The translations under genes and the position numbers were made by a program. DNA of 63,317 nucleotides, filler included, from Chrysochromulina tobinii (lineage: Eukaryota): the NCBI GenBank assembly GCA_001275005.1. It is 5 parts of 5 records of this genome, joined end to end, with 100 filler letters (N's around TTAATTAATTAA, not from the genome) between each part and the next. Parts side by side here need not be neighbours in the genome. Positions count along the whole stretch, not along the records: positions 39,155 to 51,893 come from JWZX01001362.1; positions 51,994 to 60,784 come from JWZX01001364.1; 3 more parts are not named here. One strand, 5' to 3'. The first letter of the stretch is position 1, and the number at the start of each line of letters is the position of its first letter. Positions 42,101 to 52,848 of this stretch are shown here, in pieces. A model generated the notes under the pieces. It saw nothing but the letters and a program-made list of their open reading frames with translations. It ran no database searches and was not told the DNA's origin.

Positions 42101-42698
42101 GTGCGCTGCTACCCAGACCCGCACACAAAGTACGACAAGATGTGGGTGGGCCCGGTGGCACCCACAGCGACGGTGCAGCAGCTGCGCGAGGCGATCGACG
42201 CGTGCTTTGCCGAGGCGGGTCTCAAGGCGGCGATGATCAACGGACCGACACAGCGGATCGAGTGCGAGAAGGACGAACACAACGCATCGGGCATCAAGGC
42301 GGGCTCGCGATCGCTGTGGAATCCTCTCCTCTCGTCCACCAAGGCCAACCTCGAGAAGCCGTGGGGTGCGCTGCTCTGATGACCTCTGATGACGTCTGAT
42401 GACCTCTGATGACGTCTGATGGCCTCACTCATCAGGTCCGCTGCTCAAGGAGCTGACCACGCGCGACGAGATCAGGTGGCAGACCGTCGACGACCCCGTC
42501 GATGTGAGTGGCAAGCGGCTGTGTACTGACCTGACCATCCAGCTACAGAACGACGACGGCGACGACGTGAAGACGCCCACCATCATCATCAAGCTCATGC
42601 CGTTTGAGTTCATCTCGTACAAGGCGCGAACAGTGCGCGAGGTGATGCCGTGGCTCAAAGACTATGCCCAGAAACGAAGCTTAACCGTGGTCAAGTAG
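39155..42698 (+). CDS. UBA1: Ubiquitin-activating enzyme E1 (5' end missing), multi-exon
   Basis: [90 protein letters not shown], catalytic [23 protein letters not shown] and [12 protein letters not shown]. Introns include ~39702-39795, 40094-40241, 41071-41149, 41708-41898, 42009-42100 and 42366-42435. Confidence 0.93.
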
Positions 42699-43275
42699 CG
42701 GCTCGGCGCTCGCGCGATCATAACTCATTGGGCTACAAAACATAGGTTGCAAAGGTCGTACTATCGTAGCATTAAACATGGCACCGACGGCTGTATATAC
42801 TAACCTCCGAGCGATATAGCTCCAAAGTGCAAACCGGGGCTCTGGCACCACCCGGACGCCACGACAGTCGACGCTGCGCTGCCTCTGCCGGGCGGGACAC
42901 CCGTAAGCCACCGGGCGGTCCGGTCGAGGGCCCCGCGTGAACGACCGCACACGATTCTTGTCGCGCGTAAAGTGCGCCGAATTCTAAAATTTCGACCTGC
43001 CCACGGCTACCGACACGAACGCCTCGCGCTTCCTACTACCACGTTCGTCGACTGAGTTACATAGAAGTTGGGGAACTCCTCGCCTCAATGCACAACCTGG
43101 TGACACGACGTAACGCCCACCTAACCCTCGAAGTTCATCATACCCGCCGCGCCGCTTGGGATACAGTCCCGTCCGACGCCCGGCCCGCCCTCAGCCCCCA
43201 AGACACGCACGATGCGCCTGCCTCAAGGCCGCGACGCGAGCTCCACGCTCGTGTCGCGTCTCGGGCCTCGAAGGA

Positions 43276-45681
43276 TTATGATTCCTCATCGGCGAAGACG
43301 TCCATGAACTTGACGGCTTTGGGGAAGGGCGGTGGCGCGACGGTGGAGGTGCGGCCAGCTGGTGTGCTGAGCTCAAGGTCCACCCCCAACCGTGTGCGCA
43401 CGTAGTGGACGACAGCCTGGCGCGCGCCGACGAGGCGATTGTAGTCATACAGCGCTCGAACGATCGGCTCGCCTTTCATGGCGAGGGAGACGGCCGCCTT
43501 GTCGTACGTGAGCATGTTGCCTTTAGCCTGTGAGCTATCGACCGTCGCGCATGGCAGCACGGTCGAGTCGTGAAATTCGCCGGTGGAGTTGTTCCGAAAC
43601 GTTGAACCTTCTTTGAGGGCTTGGCTAGTCGATCGATCCAACCATTCTAGCGCCGCGACGGGCGTAAAGTGCAGTAGGAAGGTGCCATCCCCACGCGGGG
43701 AGGCAATGAGGCTGAAGTCCACCGCGCGGCCGCCAAGCTTCTTGCAGATGTAGCGACGCAACCCAACGAGCGCCGAGCGGATCGGCGGTGCCGAAGGTCG
43801 CCACGTGACCAAAGTGAGCGCGATGGCGTCGCTCTGGTCACCGATCTGAACGAGATCGATGTAGGCATCGAGGGCGGCGACGTAGGTGGGGCGTGCGACG
43901 AGGCGCAGGACGGGCCACATCTCGATGCCGCCTCGCGAGATCTGCGTGTGCTGGGTGGCGGCGATGGATGAAGACGCTTTGGGGTTTTGGCTCACCTCAT
44001 GCGACGCCTCCCCCGGCAGACGATGCGCGAGGGCACCGGCCGCGTTGAGAACCTCGGCCTCGACCAGAATCTTCTCGAAGTCGTTTAAGAACCAGTTGCC
44101 CAATTTGGCCGACTCGTCCGCGACCTTGGCGACGCCGAGCTCAAAGGCGATGGTGCCACGTTGCTCCGAGAGACCCGACGAGGTCAATCCGAGCCCATGC
44201 GATTCGAAGTAGCAGAAGCCGTTCTTGCGAAACCGTCCGACCTCAGCAGCGCCAGCGCTGCGGCTGGTGGTCTGCGTGCCGTCGTCGTCGATCCCGACGA
44301 GATCGCAACGGCGCGTCCAGCAATTGACGAGGAAGCGATGGTTCGTGAACTGCTCGATCGTCGAGCGCTTGACGATCGTGTACTTGGGCGAGAGCATCAC
44401 CGACAGCATCATCCTCTCGTGCTTTTTTCGATCGCCCTTGTACAGCCTGCCCGGGCTGGCGCGAATGAAGGACACGAACTCGTGCAGCTCGTCGAATTCG
44501 CCGTCGCGGGCGCGGTTGGCGGCGTGGAGGTCGGCCATCGTCTCGCGAAGGAACTCCTCGACCTGTACACGGCGCTCGAGCGTCAACTGCCCAAACGAGG
44601 AGATAATCTTGCCAGCGTCGCGTAGCCGCTGCCAGGCCGACGAGTGCTCGTTGACACCGGCACGCTCGAGCTCGTGCTGACGGACGAGCTGCAGCGCGGA
44701 CTTGAGTTCCTCCTCTGTGGCGGCGAGGGGGGCGGGCAGCTTCTTGAGCGACTCGGGGCACATCTTCTTGAGCGCCGCCAGCATCTTGCGCTGTCGGCGA
44801 GCCATCTGTCCGACAAGGAGAGCCTTGATGCGCTGGCCCGCGAGCAACACGGCCGACTCCTCCCGTGTGAGGATATTGGGGAGGATGGTGTTGTCAATGG
44901 CTGACTCGCCAGCGGTCTGCGCGAGGGTCTGCGCCTGTCCTTTCTTGAGCTCGCGCGCCTTTTTGCCGAAGCTGGCGCGCACGTTCCCGTCGAGAGCACG
45001 CACCCAGCCGTCGTCCGACCACTGCGCCGGCACGTCGTAAAACCGGTACGGCGAGACGCCATCATACTCTGAACACTCGATGAGTAGCTGGTAGACGGCG
45101 GAGATGTTGGGGGCGCCATACCATTTCGCCGTCAGCTCGCGGCAGCGTGTGGCCCACGCCTCCCACTGCACCTGTGGCGGCATGACCTCCTCGACAGACA
45201 CGCCGACCATGTGCCTCGTGCGCGTGGCCGAGAGCGCCTCCTGGAGCTCCTTGTAAAACGGAACCCACTCGTGGGCGAGGAAGGCTTGTTTTGCATCCGC
45301 CGTGCCAGAGCGGCAGAGCGCCGTCTCCAGCTCCTTGGGGACCACCATCACGCGTGCTGCTCCGCCGGCCTTACTGGCGTATGGATCCGCGACGAGAGGG
45401 GTCCACTTGCGCAGGCCGTGGTGCAGCGGCACAAATGGCGCCCTTGACGGCGCCAGCGTTGGCGCCAGGCGGAGCGAAGGAAGCGAAGCATGGCCTTTCG
45501 ACGGCATGCGATTGAGTCGGCTCTCAAACGTCTCGAGCTCCTTCATTGTACGCTCGTGCTCAGGCGATCGGGTCAGCTGGATGGCTGGCAGGCGCAAATT
45601 GGAGGGTGACCGAGTTCCCAGCAGCGGCAGCTTGACCGGCGATCGGATGCCCGGCATGGCATTACCCAGCGCGTCCGACAT
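43276..45681 (-). CDS. Hypothetical protein (801 aa)
   Basis: Long intronless ORF with coding-like codon usage. IQ-like segment (RIKALLVGQMARRQ). No family confidently recognised. Confidence 0.65.
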   Translation of the reverse strand: MSDALGNAMPGIRSPVKLPLLGTRSPSNLRLPAIQLTRSPEHERTMKELETFESRLNRMPSKGHASLPSLRLAPTLAPSRAPFVPLHHGLRKWTPLVADPYASKAGGAARVMVVPKELETALCRSGTADAKQAFLAHEWVPFYKELQEALSATRTRHMVGVSVEEVMPPQVQWEAWATRCRELTAKWYGAPNISAVYQLLIECSEYDGVSPYRFYDVPAQWSDDGWVRALDGNVRASFGKKARELKKGQAQTLAQTAGESAIDNTILPNILTREESAVLLAGQRIKALLVGQMARRQRKMLAALKKMCPESLKKLPAPLAATEEELKSALQLVRQHELERAGVNEHSSAWQRLRDAGKIISSFGQLTLERRVQVEEFLRETMADLHAANRARDGEFDELHEFVSFIRASPGRLYKGDRKKHERMMLSVMLSPKYTIVKRSTIEQFTNHRFLVNCWTRRCDLVGIDDDGTQTTSRSAGAAEVGRFRKNGFCYFESHGLGLTSSGLSEQRGTIAFELGVAKVADESAKLGNWFLNDFEKILVEAEVLNAAGALAHRLPGEASHEVSQNPKASSSIAATQHTQISRGGIEMWPVLRLVARPTYVAALDAYIDLVQIGDQSDAIALTLVTWRPSAPPIRSALVGLRRYICKKLGGRAVDFSLIASPRGDGTFLLHFTPVAALEWLDRSTSQALKEGSTFRNNSTGEFHDSTVLPCATVDSSQAKGNMLTYDKAAVSLAMKGEPIVRALYDYNRLVGARQAVVHYVRTRLGVDLELSTPAGRTSTVAPPPFPKAVKFMDVFADEES

Positions 45682-46157
45682 CGTAACCGCGAGTACAGCG
45701 ATCTTGAGACAATTGCACGTAGAGCGCGTTCGTCATTCTGCATGGGTTAAGTTTCGGCGCAAACTTACTGCACTGCACGATCACGTTCGTTCACGTTCAC
45801 ACAGTTGAAGAGAGGGCTTCTGCGCGCTCTGGCGAGCTAGCGCGATCAGCGTCAGTCGTTTTCGCAGATTGCGCACCCGCCGGCCGCACTGGCCGAGGAT
45901 TTCCCCTACCAGCGCATGTCTTGATGGGTGACTTGGTTGATCGTTGACTTTGTTGCGTTTCATCAAAGCTCTGCCATTCACACAAACAATTCATTTCCAC
46001 TGGCGCACTCCCTCCCGAGTTCATATGTGGGGCCTGCCCTTCTTCTCTTTCTTTGGCTGTATCGCAGCTCTCTGCCTACATGTGTCTCAGTCCGGAGTCC
46101 TGCTTTGTATTGTATTGTCTTCACAGCTGTCCTCCTTCCGTGTGTGCGTGTATTAAC

Positions 46158-49100
46158 ATGAATGAAGAGTTTTTCTTGCCTAAACGAACAATGCGGAAGG
46201 CAGGAAGCCAGTCAATCGCGACGAGCCGACGCCTTGTCTTGGTCTTCGTGCTGGCCTTGCTAGCTTTCGTTCTCTACTGGCTCCGCCGCCGCCGCCGCCA
46301 GCCGCTGCTGCTCACACTCAAAGCAGAGCCGCCTGCGGGCAAGCGTGAGCAACTGGAGCAGCGGTTGGCGGAGCGACTCCGGGAACAGTCCTCATCTGCC
46401 GATGACCACTCGACGATACCCAAGTCTGCGGCGGAGAACACGCCAGCCGCGGAAGCCGCCTCAATGATCACCAACAAGTTCCTCCCCGACCTGCCCACGT
46501 TTGTCTTCGGCGATCGCACTCTCTACGAGGACGGCATCCTCGCGCGCGTAGGCAATCTGTCACGAAGCGTGCAGCAAGAGTTTGAGGAGAATGAGCGCGG
46601 CAAATGGCTGCCCGAGCTACGCTGCGTGACAGAGCAGCCAGCTAGAGAGGCATACCCATCGACAAAAGGAGTGGCGCCAAGCGACGCCCTCGTGCCAAGC
46701 TACACTCGCGACCTCGGCCGTACCGGCTGGACGCTCTCCAATTTCCACGAGGCGCAGCCTACGGAGGGCAACGGCCCCGGCCAGATCCCCGAGCGTCTCT
46801 CCCTCGCCGAGACGGCCGTACTACGCACCTACACGGGCCCGTGGTTTCAGGCGATCAACTTCTACCTGCGCTACCTGCCAGAGGTACGCTGCTGTGACGC
46901 ATCGCCGTACTATGAGCACTACGACCCTCGCCGTTGCTTCCTCGCCAAGCCCGGCCATGAGGACGTCTGCCACTTTTGCGGCAAGCCCAAGAGCAAGCAC
47001 TTCATTCAGACGCTCGATTCATGGGCCACAAGTGCAGCGCTACTCGTGGGTGGCATCCTCAAGCTTCGCTTCGCCTCGACCCCTATGACAGTCTATCGCG
47101 GCGTCAAGGAGCGGTTCATCCGTCTGCCAAAGTCGTTTGTCGCGCCGCACAGAGGCGCGTTCGGATGCGGCGTCGAGCCTGCGCCCATGAGCACCACCGA
47201 AGCCAAGGAGGTGGCTCAGAGCTATGCCGGGGACGACTGTGGATCTCTCTTTCAGATCGAGTTTGATGCGGGGAATCTTGGAGCGCGGCTCGGTTTCCTT
47301 TCGCAGTACCCAAAGGAAGAGGAGCTCGTCTTCCCGCCGGGCACCATGCTCACCTGCATGGCGGTGGAGCCGCTCGAGGGCCAAAAGCACCTCCTTCGCA
47401 TCAACTGCTCGATCAACCCCGACAGGCAAGTCAAGGACGCCATCGCAGCAATGATCACGCACCATGACACGCCCGGTCCGCAGGGCGGGCTGCCGAGAGT
47501 GTACATGCTCGTAGTGCTTCAGCCAACGCCTGTGCTCTTCGGCCATGTCCGTTCCCATCTCAGCCTGTTGCAGCAGCTTGCAAGTACCGAGCGCGCCCTT
47601 GCCGACCAGTGCGCTCAGTGGCCAGCCAAAGGGAAGGCGCCAATCTGCGTGCGAGACGCCGATCCTTCCGCCGTGCGCCTCTCGCTCGTGCGCAACCAGA
47701 CACACTGCCTCGTATGGCTCGGCCGGGGCTACGAAGTGGCACGTTCCACGTGTTCAGGCTCGCTGACGATCATGACTTTGGCGGCGGAGATCAGTAAGCT
47801 TCCGAAGGTCTGTCGGCCTCGGGTTGCTCTCGTGGCTTTGCAGCACGGGGCGGAGCGCGCTGCAAAGCTTCTGAGTGACCACGGCATCGGCTGTGTCTTC
47901 TGGGTGCGCACCACAAGTGAACCACCTCGTGCGCACGAGTTACTATCCATAGTTGTCGACCGAATCCTCGAACATATTTGCGGTGGCTGTCTTGGCGAGC
48001 AGCTCATGAGATGCTTCGGCGAGGCGCGTACGAAGCTGTCGAGCCACATCTCAGATGGTGGCTGCGTTGGCTCGCCTACCAGCGTTGATTCGCCGACAAG
48101 TACAGCGAGCACTTCATCATCGTGGATTCAGAGTGAGATGCCAGCGTTGCGTCCTTCCAACCTCGTCGACGAATCGACGCACGAGTTGTGCGAATCACTG
48201 TCGTCGCTGCAGCTGCTCGCGTGCGACGTGCCAAAGGTCGAGGAGCTCCGAAAGATGCTTATCGTGCGCAGAGAACGAGGCGTCGCTGTGTGGGGCAGGA
48301 GCGGAGCCGCCACAGACGAGAACTTGGCGCATCGCTGCCGGAGCGTCGCTCTCGAGGCAACCATGTCACTACTGATCGGGACCACTTTTGAGCTGGTCTG
48401 GCGCATCTCGGACGAGCAGAGCCTCAACGAAGGCATGCGTCGGATTAAGGCCGCTGGTCCGCTCGCCGCAGTGCTCGTTTGGATCGATCTAGTCGAGTCG
48501 CTGCCGCTCGTGCAGCTGTCGACCCTACTCAAACCCATTATGAAACGAGCGCGTGAGGCTGCCTGCGCGGTTGTGCTCACGTGCATAGGAACACACGCAC
48601 AGCAGATGCAGGCTCTTGACGAGGAGCTGGGCTTAGGAGTGAGCAGCTCAATTTATGAAGATTGATATGCATCCGAGTTCCACCACTGAGGAGCATGGTG
48701 TGCTGTGCTGCACAGGAGATGCTGCATATTGGGCAAGCGGCTGAGATGGAGTCCGATGCATCCACGCACCATAACGAGTTGCGCTTCACCCTACATGCGC
48801 CCGGAGGCCAAGCCGTGGATCCCATGAGCGTCGTTGAGCCAATAGCGCTACAGGAAGCTATCGAAGCCGCGCTCGGTGGGCAGCATCCTCTCGCAGCAGT
48901 GTACTTAAATGATGAGCAGGCAGTAATCGCGCGCATCCCGGTGACCGATGTAGCCTTTCTTCATGGACTGCGCGACAAGGTGCTTGAGGGTAGATTTGCC
49001 GTCGAGCTCACCGACAGGCTCCGCAGGCTGCCGAGCTCAGTCAGCCTGGACGTCAAGGTCGACCTCAGCGCATTTGCAGAGCGTTACGAGAGCAGCGTGC

Positions 49101-51893
49101 TGCATCTCGATAAGCTTACGAAGCACCAGCAGCTGAAGCTGCTCGAGTGCAAAGGCCACCATAGCGTTCGTGTCGAGGCACCAGCTGGCGGCGGTAAGAC
49201 GTTCATTGCCCTGCACGAAATGCTGGGCGTACTCCAATTGGAATCAGCTGAGGAGAGCGAGAAGGCCGCGGTCCTCTTTGTCGCCCCGCACGAGGCCCTT
49301 GCCGTTTTCGTTGCATCCTGGATTGGAACACGCCTTAACAAGTATACGAGAGATGAGATGCTTCGCCGACTTTGGGTCCTTTTCCTGCCCTTTGATCAAG
49401 GCGTGAGGCGGGCCAGTCTGTCAGACGAAGGAAGGATCTTCTTTGAGCAGCCATCTGCTGACGAGATGCCCAAGGAATTCAGATTGGTCGTCGTTGATGA
49501 GGGGCATCACATTTATAACAACGCCTCCATGCGCGAAACGGTTGAGTCGCACATGGCACCATTGACACGACGCATCGTCCTAGCTGATGTGTCGCAGTCG
49601 CTCGGCCGAGACATTGCGTACCCATCCGCGCACCGCGTGGAGCTCACCGAAGTTGTGCGATGCTCGAAGCGCATCGTACAGGCCGCGTCCGTCGTTCAGC
49701 TCGGAGGCGAGCGGAAGCTGCACACGCAGTGCCATCACAAGTCAGACGGACCACCAGTCAAGTCGTTCTTGTTCGAGCTTGCGGCTCGTAGCAGCTCTGC
49801 AGAACGATTCCGCGCATACGCGGAGCGCGTGATGGCGGCGCTCGAGCACATCGCAAACCTGTTCCCAGGGTTCGAGCTCACCGACCGCGTCGCCATCCTC
49901 GTCCCAGACGCTCCCTTTCTCGATGGTCTCAAGCTCCAACTGATGGCCGCGTTCCAGGCGCGAGGCAGGCGGTCCGATCAGACGCCAGGGCAGCAGTACA
50001 TTCTGATCGAGGCGAAAGAAGCTGCGGCTACCCTGCGCCGGCGAGGGCGGAGTAGCGATGGTGAGGCACTTGTCATCGACACGATCGGCAACTTTGATGG
50101 GCTCGAACGGCTGATTGTGATCGCAGTCGGCCTCGACGCACCACTCGACCAGGAGTCGGACGATGCTTTCTTGGAGACGCGCTCGCGGCTCTACCGCGCC
50201 TTGACGCGGGCGCACATGCTAGCAATGGTTGTTAACGAGGCTGTCTGTGGCGGCTGGCTCGAGTGGCTCAACCTCATCAAGCTGAAAGAGGGCAAGTTTG
50301 ATCGCGAGGCGGAGCTCGCGCGCATGAAGGCGGATGCTGCGGAAGCAGAAGTGAAACGGCGTTTGGAAGCGATTCGTAGCCCGCTTGCAGTGGAAGTTGC
50401 CAATCACGTCAAGGAATTCCAAGAGGGCCTCGTCACCGAGCAGACTGTATGGGATACGGGTGCAAACAGCACCTCACAACCGGAAACGTTGAAGTTCAAC
50501 CCGCTTCAGCAAGAGCGTACCTCCCTTGTTGGCGGCGGAGGCAGTGGGGACGGGGTTGGCGATGGAGGTCTCACGCCTCCGCGGACCGAGCCGTTGAGCG
50601 CCTTTATCGGGGAGGGCGGTGGACCGGTCACCATTTCTTTGCTTCACACAGAGAGTGGTGTAGCAAGCGATGCCGTTCAAGGCAGCTCACAGGGCAGCTC
50701 AAGTACGGCTCCTGCCTTACCGCGGTCGCCATCTTCGCCACGCGAGGTGATCACGCTTTGCCTCGAAGGTGACGTTGACTCTTTTGACGACTCGCGCGAG
50801 GACCGATTGAAGAGCGTATTGGCAGGGCTGTTGGGTCCGGAGGTCTGCAGCGGACCTTGCAGGATCCGCATCGAAAAGCCCGCGTTATCCTCCAAGATGA
50901 AGGCGAAGATTGGAACAAGACGGTGCTGCATCCGTGTTGAAGTCGACGAATCTCAGCTTCCGCAGCACAGCACAGCTTCCTACAGCAGCGACGCTGCTGA
51001 GTCGAGCGACTGTCAAAGCGACGACACATCCGTCGAAGACGACGTTGAGAACAAAGTGAAGGAGCTGACAACCACAAGTGTTTGGCCTTCTGGTGTGGGC
51101 GTTGAGGACATCAATGTAGTCTTCAGGCGCTTTAGCTCAGTCCTGCTCGTTTTGCTCGTGCATCCCGTTGTGGCGCACGTCCTATTCCAGCTCGCAAAGC
51201 AGCGCGATGAGACGTTGCGGCAGGAGAGTGTGAGGTGCTGCAAGCTTGGAGGTTGCGTTGCACAAATCGACGATCGTGCGGACATTGAAGACTGCATTCG
51301 CAAGACCTGTGACGCGGAGAGAGAAGCGATCAGTAAGATGCCCGAGTACCAAGAGGAGAAACAACTCATAACCGCTAATAGCAATGGCGGCGGCGGCGGC
51401 GGCGGCGGTGGCGGCGGTGGCGGCGGTGGCGACGTCGCCGCGGCCGCCGACGAGAAGGCGGCGGCCGAGAAGGTGGCGGCCGAGAAGGCAGCAGCTGAGG
51501 AGGCGGCGGCAGCCGAGGAGGCGGCGGCTGAGGCCGAGATCGAGATCGATGCTGAGGAGCAGACTGGGCCTGCTGACGACTCACTGCAGCAGAAGGATGA
51601 CATGGAGCTGCTCCTCGCGGTCGCTGCACGGAAGCTTGGCATCACCACTGCAGGCGTGGACATCACCGTGATCCGTCAGCAGCTCCACCAGCAACTCGAG
51701 GCTGGCCTTGCAGAGGAGCAGCCACTTGTCAGCCCCACGGATGTCCACGACCTGCAGCAGCAGGTGGCGAGGCTGCAAACGCAGGTGCTGCGGCAGCAGG
51801 AGGAGATCGACGTTCTGCGCGGTAAGGGCGGCGCACGCGGCGCCCACGAGTTCGTCGTCGCGCAGTACAACATCCTCGCTGGCTACCTCGGCG
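46158..51893 (+). CDS. Membrane-anchored ADP-ribosyltransferase (R-S-E clade) fused to SF1 (UvrD/Schlafen-like) helicase, with the start of an EEP nuclease/phosphatase-like domain; 3'-truncated
   Basis: ATG at 46158, signal anchor LVLVFVLALLAFVLYW. ART motifs LRTYTGP.F..IN..LR, VYRG, MSTT and SQYPKEEELVFPP. Phase-0 GT-AG intron 48639-48715 joins the two track ORFs. Walker A EAPAGGGKT (49175), VVDEGHH, DTIGNFDGLERLIVI, LYRALTRA. Ends FVVAQYNILAGYL at the gap. Confidence 0.8.
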
Positions 51894-51993
51894 NNNNNNN
51901 NNNNNNNNNNNNNNNNNNNNNNNNNNNNNNNNNNNNNTTAATTAATTAANNNNNNNNNNNNNNNNNNNNNNNNNNNNNNNNNNNNNNNNNNNN
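51894..51993. other. Artificial contig-join linker
   Basis: N44-TTAATTAATTAA-N44. Confidence 0.97.
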
Positions 51994-52576
51994 GGGTTGT
52001 CTGTCTAGAACACCCTTTGCGCACTCCGCGTGCGACGTCTAAGGTTACTCACCACTACTCAAGTAGTCACTCTTTCCCTCGACGCACACTCCAGTGCCCC
52101 CAAACCCGGCCGTCGAGCCCCTCGCGGTATCGTTTCTCAATTCCTTCTTCTGGTATGAATTAGATAATTTTCACGCGGGCGGTTAATCTCAGAGAGGCTT
52201 CCCTCTCCCGGTGTTCCAACGGGGGTGGGGAAGAATAATCCCACTAAAGGGTTTCGTCGCGCTTTCGCGCGCCGCTCTGCTGCTGTGTCACATTCGGGAC
52301 ACAGGGGTACGGTACGTACTGGATCGGTCATTAAGATGCCCGTCGGGTTAGCACTTCCTCTCGGGAGCGTGCGGACCATTGGGTAAGTGAGGTCCCGTGT
52401 CCGAGACCGGGAGCATAACGCTATTAGCGCTACGAACCATTCTCCGTCCAGGGACGCCCTGACAGGGTATAGGCGCGTGGGGCGGCGGACTCAGACCGTC
52501 AAGTCCACCAGGCCACGACGCCACCCGCCTATGCTGCATGCGCATGTCGCGCGCCGCGCGCGCGCTCTCTTGCCTC

Positions 52577-52831
52577 TCAGTCGCGCTGCGGCGCGGCCCT
52601 GGACTGCCTGACGTGGGCGCGGACCTCTTGGATACACGCGCCCACATTGCGCTCCACCGCCTCCAGGGCGGGGAGCACCATCTCACCATCTGTACCCACG
52701 TGGCCGAGGGCGGCATCTCGTGTGCCCGCTCCGCCGTCCGCCCTTGTCGGGACGTCCGCGGGGTTGGCCTTTGACGGCACCCAGTCGCCGTAGAACCAGC
52801 AGCGTAAGGCTGCCATCTGTGCATGGAACAT
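52577..52831 (-). pseudogene. RNase H C-terminal fragment of a DIRS-order (tyrosine recombinase) retrotransposon
   Basis: WFYGDWVPSKANPADVPTR matches the [WH]V.S..NPAD.PSR motif that ends DIRS/Ngaro RNase H; upstream sequence is replaced by the satellite. Confidence 0.65.
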
Positions 52832-52848
52832 CTGTTAGAACATCTGTG

